From an uncultured Candidatus Saccharibacteria bacterium (lineage in GTDB: Bacteria > Patescibacteriota > Minisyncoccia > Phycocordibacterales > UBA5272): a stretch of DNA of 34,573 nucleotides. Numbering within the stretch: the first letter of the stretch is position 1; every line of letters begins with the position of its first letter. Below the pieces are notes generated by a model, which saw nothing but the letters and a program-made list of their open reading frames with translations, did not search any database and had not been told where the DNA came from. The stretch covers positions 7,860 through 42,432 of the forward strand of contig CAYMOA010000001.1 in NCBI GenBank assembly GCA_964391935.1, read 5' to 3'. Positions 1 through 7,150 of this stretch are shown piece by piece. The translations under genes and the position numbers were made by a program.

Positions 1-2
1 AG

Positions 3-485
3 ACAAATGAAGGTAAGGCTATTTCAAAATATAATGCCACAAAACACGGACTATTAAGTGGCGAGGTTTTATTGGAGGGGGAAAACCAAGAAAAGTTGGA
101 TGAATTAAATTATTGGTGTTACGAAGTTTTTAAGCCAGTGGGAAGATTAGAGGAGATTTTCGTAGACAGAATTGTTTCGTGCTTATGGAGACAAAGGAGG
201 GCTATTGTGGTTGAGAGAAATGCTATGGAGTTTGAGCGACAAGACCAGACAACTTTTTCATCTAGTTTTGGTGGAGACAGCACCAAGAAAGGCGAAAGAG
301 CAATGATTGATAATGATGTTATAGAGAAATTGCTTCGCTACGAAACTACCATTGAAAGAAGTATGTATCGTGCCATCCACGAATTAAATCGTTTACAAGC
401 AGAAAGAACTGGGAAAGTCGTTCCGCAGACAGTTTGGGCTTCTGTTGATGTGAACAAAGGCGATGGGTTCGTTTCGCAAAATTAA
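3..485 (+). CDS. hypothetical protein, N-terminus upstream of window
   Basis: Frame 3 is open from nt 3 (TNEGKAISKYNATKHGLLSGEVLLEGENQ...) to TAA at 483-485. The TTG at 72 in the ORF track is probably internal. I can name no domain; it has a KHGLLS-type motif followed by a helical, R-rich segment. Confidence 0.5.
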   Translation, partial: TNEGKAISKYNATKHGLLSGEVLLEGENQEKLDELNYWCYEVFKPVGRLEEIFVDRIVSCLWRQRRAIVVERNAMEFERQDQTTFSSSFGGDSTKKGERAMIDNDVIEKLLRYETTIERSMYRAIHELNRLQAERTGKVVPQTVWASVDVNKGDGFVSQN

Positions 486-509
486 CACTGTTAAATCGTT
501 CTATCTCAA

Positions 510-1166
510 ATGATTTCGGATAGAAATAAAAAAATTATGGGAAGATATGATTATTCAAGTAGAACAGAAGTTGAAGATACTAAAAAAATTTCTGCAAGTT
601 TTCTCAAGAAATTTAACTACTTTACTGGCTATAATTCTGGCACAATTACTTGGACGACAACCAATTTTGGAGAAGAACATAAAAGTAGTGTTGGGGTTGC
701 TGTTACTGTTAATGATACTGTTTATCAGTTAAGAATACACTATACCCAGACCGAAAGAGACACAGGAGAGAAAAAAGATTTTGATTACAACATTCCCCTA
801 ACATCCACTCCTTGCCGTTATGGTGGCAAAAGATGGTGGTTCATCTGTCCTTGGTATAAGAACAATGTTTATTGTGGTAGGAGGGTTGGAACTTTGTATA
901 AAAATGGAGACTATTTTGCCTGTCGTCATTGTTATAACCTAACCTATCATTCAAAAAATATAAATAGAAAGTGGAAGTTTGGAGTATTGATGAGTGTTTA
1001 CGATATAGATGAGAATATCCATGAAGTTTACAAGAAAATGAAAAAGAAGACTTATCGTGGTAAGCCAACAAGATTACATAGGAAACTCTTAAAACTTTAT
1101 CGTCAGGCGGACATTGCCGAACAACAAATTTATGAAGCATCAAGGTTGTTGGGTATTAGAAAATAG
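510..1166 (+). CDS. hypothetical zinc-ribbon protein
   Basis: 218-aa ORF with a cysteine cluster, TPCRYGGKRWWFICP...CGRRVGTLY...FACRHCYNLTY, typical of a four-Cys zinc ribbon. An alternative ATG lies at 537. Function unknown. Confidence 0.6.
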   Translation: MISDRNKKIMGRYDYSSRTEVEDTKKISASFLKKFNYFTGYNSGTITWTTTNFGEEHKSSVGVAVTVNDTVYQLRIHYTQTERDTGEKKDFDYNIPLTSTPCRYGGKRWWFICPWYKNNVYCGRRVGTLYKNGDYFACRHCYNLTYHSKNINRKWKFGVLMSVYDIDENIHEVYKKMKKKTYRGKPTRLHRKLLKLYRQADIAEQQIYEASRLLGIRK

Positions 1167-1448
1167 TATTGTGAGAATATGGGTAGGTAAAGTTACCAAA
1201 TTTATGCTATACTATATATAGTTCTTTGAAAATCAAAGATTTGTAGTCCGTGCAAATAATTCGGACCATTTATATCTCCTTATTAGGTAGGCAACTTGGG
1301 AAATCTGCGAGAAGCCATATGATATAAATGACTAACTTAAAACGGTTGGGAGATTTCGCTTAATGTGTCGCATTGAGCCAAACCTCTTTACCGTTTTTTG
1401 TTTTCTAAAAAACTCAAACGGCACGGAGGATAATTAAGAAAATAAAAT

Positions 1449-2336
1449 ATGATATATACAAATAAAATTAAAAAAGCAATTAAGTTTGCAATTGAAACTC
1501 ACGAGATAAACCAAAAGCAAAAGAGAAAAGGAAAAGATATTGCCTATATTACTCATCCTTTCACTGTTGGTTTAATACTAGCAAAAGCAGGTGCAGATGA
1601 AAATGTTGTGGTTGCAGGTATCCTTCACGATACAATTGAAGATAGTATAAAAGAAAAGAAGGTAAATAAAGAACAAATTCAAGAACTTTTCGGCGAAGAA
1701 GTTGCTGAAATAGTAGGAAATGTTACGGAAGAAAACAAAGAAATGTCTTGGGAGGATAGAAAGAAAGAAGCCAGAGAACATCTTAAGACTATGCCATTAA
1801 ATTCACTTTTAGTTAAGACTGCTGATGTTATCAGTAACACGAATGAAATTTTAGAAGATTTTAGTGATGTTGGATTTGAAGTTTTTGATAGATTTAATGC
1901 TTCTAAATTAAATGTTCTTTATCACTACATATTAACAATAAAAATAATTCGTGAAAGATGGCAGGATAATCCTTTTAGAAGTGACTTGGGAAAAATAAAC
2001 ATAGAACTACTTCGTTTGGAAGCATTGCTCCGAGGTTCTATTGCTTATACTGAGTGGAACATTTATTTTATTGAATATGAAATGCAGACCGAATATCCAT
2101 TCTCACCATCAAGAGAAAAAATAGAAAAACTATGTGGTGATTTTCATATCATAGTAAATCAATATGAAAAAGATTTTAGTATAAGTAATTTTCTATCAGA
2201 ATCTAGAATAATAGTAAATTTGTTCAGAGAATTGATTTCACAGATAGAAGAAAAAGAGGAAGGTGTTGATTTGTTGCTAAAAATGCACATAGTGGATATA
2301 AGTTATTCACTCAAGCAAATTACAGATGAAAGTTGA
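1449..2336 (+). CDS. HD-domain phosphohydrolase, RelA/SpoT-hydrolase-like, with C-terminal extension
   Basis: The N-terminal roughly 180 aa carry HD motifs (YITHPFTVGLILA...AGILHDTIEDS) typical of (p)ppGpp-hydrolase/HD_4 proteins. The last roughly 110 aa have no motif I recognise. GGAGGA at 1425-1430 is one of the few SD-like sites in the window. Confidence 0.75.
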   Translation: MIYTNKIKKAIKFAIETHEINQKQKRKGKDIAYITHPFTVGLILAKAGADENVVVAGILHDTIEDSIKEKKVNKEQIQELFGEEVAEIVGNVTEENKEMSWEDRKKEAREHLKTMPLNSLLVKTADVISNTNEILEDFSDVGFEVFDRFNASKLNVLYHYILTIKIIRERWQDNPFRSDLGKINIELLRLEALLRGSIAYTEWNIYFIEYEMQTEYPFSPSREKIEKLCGDFHIIVNQYEKDFSISNFLSESRIIVNLFRELISQIEEKEEGVDLLLKMHIVDISYSLKQITDES

Positions 2337-2454
2337 GGTATGTAGATTGTTGTATCATTTTTAAGCATAAATACAGTTCTAACTTCCTCCACGATGGGTA
2401 GCCAAATAAAAATACTACGCATGAATATGTGTGGTATTTTTATTTGCATATTTG

Positions 2455-2560
2455 CAGGGACGAGAAAGACGGAAGAAAAAAGAAATTGCCCTTGTCTTTT
2501 TTCTGAGTCGGGGTCGCGGAAAATTTTCTGCAAGAAAATTTATCTGTGACCGAGTCCCTG
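2455..2560 (+). repeat. structured repeat, copy 1 (outer helix CAGGGAC/GTCCCTG enclosing a 40-nt hairpin at 2512-2551)
   Basis: The hairpin ggtcgcgg-a-aaattttct-gca-agaaaattt-at-ctgtgacc is identical to 14787-14826 except for 2 loop bases. The 5' block gagaaagacggaag resembles gagaaagcaggagc in copy 2. It lies just upstream of the TATAAT (2571-2576) of the TfoX-like gene. Confidence 0.6.
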
Positions 2561-2582
2561 TAGAAAATGATATAATCCCCTT

Positions 2583-2900
2583 ATGGCAACAGCAAAAGAT
2601 TTTACAGAATATATTTTAGATAATACCCATTCACCCAAAATTCGAGTTCGTTCTATGTTTGGTGAGTTTGCACTGTATTATGAAGACAAAGTCGTGGCCC
2701 TGATCTGTGATAACACTTTGTTTGTAAAAATCTCTGAGAATAATAAAAAGTTTTTGGGAGAAAATAAAATTGGTCCAGCATATCCAAAATCAAAGAATTT
2801 TTATATAATTACAGAAGAACAGATTGAAACTCCAAAATTCCTACAAACAATTTTCAAAAATGTTTCGACTTCATTGCCGAAGAAAGAAGCAAGGAAATAA
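2583..2900 (+). CDS. TfoX N-terminal domain protein
   Basis: The 105-aa ORF contains SMFGEFALYYEDKVVALICDNTLFVKI, matching the TfoX_N pattern (MFGG.G.Y..GKMFA.I.D..LY.K). TATAAT at 2571-2576 is 6 nt before the ATG. Confidence 0.7.
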   Translation: MATAKDFTEYILDNTHSPKIRVRSMFGEFALYYEDKVVALICDNTLFVKISENNKKFLGENKIGPAYPKSKNFYIITEEQIETPKFLQTIFKNVSTSLPKKEARK

Positions 2901-2927
2901 ATAAAAAATATGATAACATACTAAATT

Positions 2928-3188
2928 ATGGCACCAATTACATTCACTGAAAAAAGAAATGAGATCTTACGAGCACTTACTGATTTAGGATTTATAATGA
3001 CCTCAGATTCACTTTCGCAAGCAGAATATGTACTAATTGATGGTTTTGTGAATCAACCAATACAAAGTGAATTAAGTGGGGACTTTGTAGTTGGAGGTCC
3101 AACCATACCGCTAGTAATGTTACTACGAACAAGAACGAAAGAAATTGTATACATTCCTTTAAAAGCGCTTATAAACGTAAATATTTAA
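2928..3188 (+). CDS. hypothetical protein
   Basis: 86-aa ORF, tightly spaced after the TfoX-like gene and 4 nt before the next ORF. No recognisable motif. Confidence 0.45.
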   Translation: MAPITFTEKRNEILRALTDLGFIMTSDSLSQAEYVLIDGFVNQPIQSELSGDFVVGGPTIPLVMLLRTRTKEIVYIPLKALINVNI

Positions 3189-3192
3189 ACTT

Positions 3193-3747
3193 ATGACAAC
3201 TACAGATAATCTTATAAGTAAGAAAGGAACAAAAAAAGAAGTAATAAAAGAAAAAGACATGAAAGGTTTTTTTGAGTATCAATCCAAAAGGTATATTGAT
3301 AATGAACTTGCAAAGCTTTTTAGGGACACTACAGAGAAATTCGTAGAGGAAACTGAACTAAAATTAAAAGATATTGAAATTAAGTTTGAGGAAAAAATTG
3401 AGAAAAAAGAAACTAAAACCACAGAGATTTTAGCAGTCTTCATAACACTCTTTACATTTATATCAATAAATATAAGTATTTTTACTAGAGTGCAAGATAT
3501 TTTAACTGCAGCAACACTAATGCTATTGATAACTTTTCTTTGCACTTTTCTACTTTGTCTTTCTTTTTTTATGCTTTCAGATCAGACTAAAGAAAAAAGA
3601 TACCTATCGGGTCTTTTTTCTTTAATTGCACTTTTTTTACTTTTAGGAATTGTAACTTTAGTAAAATTCGGTTTTCTTAAAAATATTGCACTTAACCCAG
3701 CACCTAAAGAGCAAACAGTTAAATCAATAAAAGCAGAATTTAATTAA
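3193..3747 (+). CDS. hypothetical membrane protein (charged coiled N-terminus, about 3 TM helices)
   Basis: 184-aa ORF. The N-terminal 75 aa are K/E-rich. Hydrophobic stretches follow (ILAVFITLFTFISINISIF, LMLLITFLCTFLLCLSFFML, LFSLIALFLLLGIVTLV). Confidence 0.5.
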   Translation: MTTTDNLISKKGTKKEVIKEKDMKGFFEYQSKRYIDNELAKLFRDTTEKFVEETELKLKDIEIKFEEKIEKKETKTTEILAVFITLFTFISINISIFTRVQDILTAATLMLLITFLCTFLLCLSFFMLSDQTKEKRYLSGLFSLIALFLLLGIVTLVKFGFLKNIALNPAPKEQTVKSIKAEFN

Positions 3748-3846
3748 AATAAATAAATTTACAAAATACATGGACCTAACTATGAAATTAGAAAACAAAG
3801 TTGAAAAAGCTAGCAATTTTGGTACATTTTACGGTATAATTACCCC

Positions 3847-3921
3847 GATGCGATAGCCGAGACGGATTACAGGCGCCTGTCCGCAAGACAGGATACGTAG
3901 GTTCAATTCCTACTCGCATCT
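3847..3921 (+). tRNA. tRNA-Cys (anticodon GCA), non-canonical anticodon loop
   Basis: Hand-folded cloverleaf. Acceptor GATGCGA/TCGCATC; D arm GCC-13 nt loop with GG-GGC; anticodon stem CCTGT/ACAGG with loop CCGCAAG; 4-nt variable region; T arm GTAGG-TTCAATT-CCTAC. The discriminator T73 is the CysRS identity base. Position 33 is C rather than U, and C32/G38 could pair. No encoded CCA. TATAAT at 3835-3840 lies 6 nt before G1. Confidence 0.7.
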
Positions 3922-3927
3922 CAAAAT

Positions 3928-4884
3928 ATGAATGCCCAAGAATATATTAAAAGGAGGCTAGATGAATTGAAACCAGAAAAGAAAAATATTTCAAAAGATG
4001 AACTAACTGATTTTGTTTATAAAACAATAATGTCAAAAAAGTTTAGGAAATTTTCCGCGAACCAAGATTTGATGAATCACGTTAGAGAATCAATTAAAAT
4101 AAATATTCAAAATAATCAGCCAATAAACTTTGTGTTCCCCCACGGTGCTTATAAATTATGGAGACTAGAAGAAGCGCCAAACCCAGATTGGGCGGAACTT
4201 TTTACTTCTATGTATTTTACAAAATGGCTCAAACCTATTTGTGAAGTATACGAGCCAGGTGTTTTATTTGAATACTTTGTTGATGATTCGATTCTTATTC
4301 CGATGAATAATTTAACAAATGAAGAAGTAGAATCTTATTTAAATGAGTACGAAAAAGTTCTACATTTTCTTAAAAAATACCAACCAGAAAATTTTAAAAT
4401 GACTATTGTCAAATTTAGCGACGTATACGGAGATATGAATAAATTCAATTCTGTTTTAAATGAAAGCATAGAAAAACTGACCGGAACTAATCCCACTTTT
4501 GCAGAAGAACAACTAAAAATGACAGAGTTGAACGCAAGACCGACAGAAGAACAAAAACAAGATCCAAAATGGAGAGAAAAAATCCGAATAATTCATGATG
4601 CATATATGCCAATTAAAAGAGAACAAGGTTACTACTACAAGCCAGAAAAAATACCTGTATTTTGTCAGAATCTTTCTTCTGGAAAATTTGTTGCTGTTGG
4701 AACTACTAAAACTTCTATTGCAAAATTCTGGGTTGGTGTTGGTGCTCTCCAAAAACGAGGAAATAGTTTTATAGAAACAATTCTTTCTCTTTCACAAATA
4801 GATAAAACATCAGCAGTGTGGGAAGAAGTAAAAATTGATGGTTTAAACGGAAAAAACTTTTCAAAGATTAGAATAATTGAGTAA
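3928..4884 (+). CDS. hypothetical protein (possible remote Dit1/PvcA-like fold)
   Basis: The 318-aa ORF starts 7 nt after the tRNA. The segment PINFVFPHGAYKLW...PNPDWAELF...ICEVYEPGVLFEYFVDDSIL loosely parallels the DIT1_PvcA pattern (FvLPaFPfKS...lPD.aE...I..iYpPG..l.IvSDG). This is motif-level similarity only. Confidence 0.5.
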   Translation: MNAQEYIKRRLDELKPEKKNISKDELTDFVYKTIMSKKFRKFSANQDLMNHVRESIKINIQNNQPINFVFPHGAYKLWRLEEAPNPDWAELFTSMYFTKWLKPICEVYEPGVLFEYFVDDSILIPMNNLTNEEVESYLNEYEKVLHFLKKYQPENFKMTIVKFSDVYGDMNKFNSVLNESIEKLTGTNPTFAEEQLKMTELNARPTEEQKQDPKWREKIRIIHDAYMPIKREQGYYYKPEKIPVFCQNLSSGKFVAVGTTKTSIAKFWVGVGALQKRGNSFIETILSLSQIDKTSAVWEEVKIDGLNGKNFSKIRIIE

Positions 4885-4900
4885 TGCTTTATTATATAGA

Positions 4901-5482
4901 CTAAATCTTCAAATTAGAACTAAAAGCGCGGAGGTGGTTCTCTGAACCTCCTTTTAGATTTTGATAAACATTGATTATTTCTGCGTTACTAGTCTTTGCG
5001 ATTTCCTGATCCAGATCTTTGATATCCATTTCTTCTATTAATACCCCAACTTTCAAAGCTTCTTCTAGAGAAATCATACCTTGAGCTGTCAAATCATCAA
5101 ATAACTTTTTCATTGATGGGTTTGTAAAAGCACCGACTGAATCATCGGTTACCGGGTCAGGGATATTGTACTTATCAAGCAAAACTTTTACTCTACTGGT
5201 GTGAGTCTGTTCACTTCCAGTGATATTAGAAAACACTCGGGCATTCCACTTTTGATGGAGAATCAGGTAAACGTCCCTAGCGAGTTTTTCTTCTTCTCGC
5301 ATACGCACTAGTCCATTTATTTCTTCATTTGATAGTGAGCCAACTTTAGAATTTGCATTTTCTAGATTTTGAGTTACATGATCTGTGAATGTCATATTTT
5401 TATTAGAAGAATAAATAAAGGCAAACAAAAAAAGCAAAACTACTACAGCAACTATTATTAATTTTGTTTTATTATTTTTCAT
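4901..5482 (-). CDS. DUF2202 (ferritin-like) domain protein with N-terminal membrane anchor
   Basis: The likely start is MKNNKTKLIIVAVVVLLFL at 5482; the track start at 5554 would overlap the arsR promoter. REEEKLARDVYLIL...GSEQTHTSRV...EEMDIKDL...GSENHLRAF matches the two-repeat ferritin-like DUF2202 pattern. Confidence 0.7.
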   Translation of the reverse strand: MKNNKTKLIIVAVVVLLFLFAFIYSSNKNMTFTDHVTQNLENANSKVGSLSNEEINGLVRMREEEKLARDVYLILHQKWNARVFSNITGSEQTHTSRVKVLLDKYNIPDPVTDDSVGAFTNPSMKKLFDDLTAQGMISLEEALKVGVLIEEMDIKDLDQEIAKTSNAEIINVYQNLKGGSENHLRAFSSNLKI

Positions 5483-5535
5483 ATCTACACTGTATACTAC
5501 ATTTTTCAAATTAAAAAAATTCAAACCTTTCTGGC

Positions 5536-5564
5536 TTGCATGTAATATTAGCATATGCTAATAT
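5536..5564 (+). promoter_or_regulatory. arsR promoter with embedded perfect 20-bp palindromic operator
   Basis: TTGCAT (5536-5541), 17-nt spacer, TAATAT (5559-5564), then 6 nt to the ATG at 5571. ATATTAGCAT|ATGCTAATAT (5545-5564) is a perfect palindrome that spans the spacer and the -10. Confidence 0.6.
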
Positions 5565-5570
5565 ATTTAC

Positions 5571-5828
5571 ATGAAAAGAAATGGGGACACAAAGTTTGAT
5601 TGCTTCTCCTCAGAAACCCGAGTCAAACTTATCAAATGTTTAGAAAAAGAAAAATGTGTTTCCGATTTACTTGGGCATTGTAACTTGTCACAGTCAGCAC
5701 TTTCTCAACATTTGAAAATCTTGAAAGATGCTGGTTTTATCAAATGTGTCCGTGATGGACAGAGACAAATCTACTCTGTCGCCAACAAAAAAGTCCTCTC
5801 TCTCGCTGAATCCTTGTTAAATCTATAA
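5571..5828 (+). CDS. ArsR/SmtB-family HTH transcriptional regulator
   Basis: 85 aa. FSSETRVKLIKCL...CVSDLLGHCNLSQSALSQHLKILKDAGFIKCVRDGQRQIYS is a typical ArsR winged-helix core. Confidence 0.8.
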   Translation: MKRNGDTKFDCFSSETRVKLIKCLEKEKCVSDLLGHCNLSQSALSQHLKILKDAGFIKCVRDGQRQIYSVANKKVLSLAESLLNL

Positions 5829-5932
5829 TTTTTTAAAAAAGCTTTTCGAAGCGAAGTTTTGTGCCATATCTAACCAAACACAAATACATTCTGACACATC
5901 AATCAGATTACAAAAAATGTTAAAATGTTTAT

Positions 5933-7108
5933 ATGTTAAAAAATAATTATTTATTATCAGGTGCGCTTCTATTTATATTTATCTCACTCTTTTTTCTAAT
6001 TTACTTTTTCCAAGGAACTAAACTTTACTCTAGAGCTGTGATGGAACATGCAGAGAAACTTGTCTCCGAAGACATGCAAATCTCCCCCACCGAATCCGCC
6101 CGTTTCTACGCTTATGTTTCTACCCTTTATTTTGAAATTTTACAAAAAGAAAAAGACCCAGGCAAAGCTATCGTTGCGACCGCACTCCTAATCGACCAAG
6201 TTTTCCCAAACGAGAAAAACAAAACCACGAAATTTTTAACCTCACAAAACCTAGACAGAAGCCTAGAATTAAATGACAAGACAAAAATATTTTTTGAAAA
6301 CTTTTTAGCTGAAGAGAAAAAAGAAAGGGAACATATAAGCGATTACAAAATTATAAAAAACAAAGACAAGTGGTCGGGAGAAAAATTCCTAGGTATTGAG
6401 GTTTTAAATTATAAATCTTTTATTCTAGAAAAAAGTTTGGTTGACCAAGTATCACCTCCACCAAAAGAAAATAGCCCAGAACAAAAAGAAGCCATCACAA
6501 GTTTAATCGAAACAACAAAACATCTGAGCGCGGAGCAGGCGGCTTGGGTTAATTTCTGGAGTGCCATGCACATGACACCGAGCCTGGCTGGAGTTTGGCA
6601 AGATAGACTTTTTACAATTTCTAAAAGTCATTTTCTAAAAGACAGCGAGTACGCTTATGCGCAAATGGTTTTAGCACAAAGCCTACATGACACTTTAAAA
6701 GAAACTTGGAAGGTTAAAGAAAAATACTTAACAAAAAGACCAAGTCTGTATAGTCAAAAAATAACTCTTGCAATGGAAGACCCTCAATACCCATCATATG
6801 TTTCAGAATATTCTTCTGTTGGGAAAGTGGCAAGTGAAATTATTATCAAATTCTTTCCTCACAGAAAAAATATTTTATTAAAAGACCAGGAGACAAGTAG
6901 TGAGATAAGTCAGTGGGCAGGATGTTCTTTTTCTTATGACGAAGAAGCGGGTAAGAAATTGGGAGATTTAATTTTAAAAGAAATAGAATCTAAAAATAAT
7001 TTACAAGCAATCAGAGAAAACTCATTTTTACCAGATTTTCTTTATGCTTTGAAAACCAGAATGAACAACTTCACCTCCGAAGCCCATGTTTATAATTGGG
7101 GTGAATAG
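5933..7108 (+). CDS. PAP2/vanadium-haloperoxidase-like protein, catalytic motifs degenerate
   Basis: Paralog of 27058..28170 (SPTESARFYAYVSTLYFE versus TPPESARFYAIVSTVYYE; TKRPS is shared). It reads PSYVSEYSS where the paralog has PSYTSGHST, and SQWAGCSFSYDE where the paralog has SRLWAGIHFPHDN. N-terminal TM helix. Confidence 0.6.
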   Translation: MLKNNYLLSGALLFIFISLFFLIYFFQGTKLYSRAVMEHAEKLVSEDMQISPTESARFYAYVSTLYFEILQKEKDPGKAIVATALLIDQVFPNEKNKTTKFLTSQNLDRSLELNDKTKIFFENFLAEEKKEREHISDYKIIKNKDKWSGEKFLGIEVLNYKSFILEKSLVDQVSPPPKENSPEQKEAITSLIETTKHLSAEQAAWVNFWSAMHMTPSLAGVWQDRLFTISKSHFLKDSEYAYAQMVLAQSLHDTLKETWKVKEKYLTKRPSLYSQKITLAMEDPQYPSYVSEYSSVGKVASEIIIKFFPHRKNILLKDQETSSEISQWAGCSFSYDEEAGKKLGDLILKEIESKNNLQAIRENSFLPDFLYALKTRMNNFTSEAHVYNWGE

Positions 7109-7117
7109 ATAATATGA

Positions 7118-7150
7118 AACCATAAAAAGTTTGGTCGAATTTTTATGGTT
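7118..7150. terminator. bidirectional hairpin between convergent genes
   Basis: aaccataaaaa (7118-7128) pairs with tttttatggtt (7140-7150). The 11-bp stem has A/T runs on both sides and overlaps the stop of the minus-strand gene. Confidence 0.5.

Noticed and set aside
2303-2619. ORFs 2303..2533 (-) and 2431..2619 (+) in the HD/TfoX intergenic region
   Set aside because: They overlap the structured repeat and the TfoX start, have implausible composition and have no upstream signals. They are probably chance ORFs.
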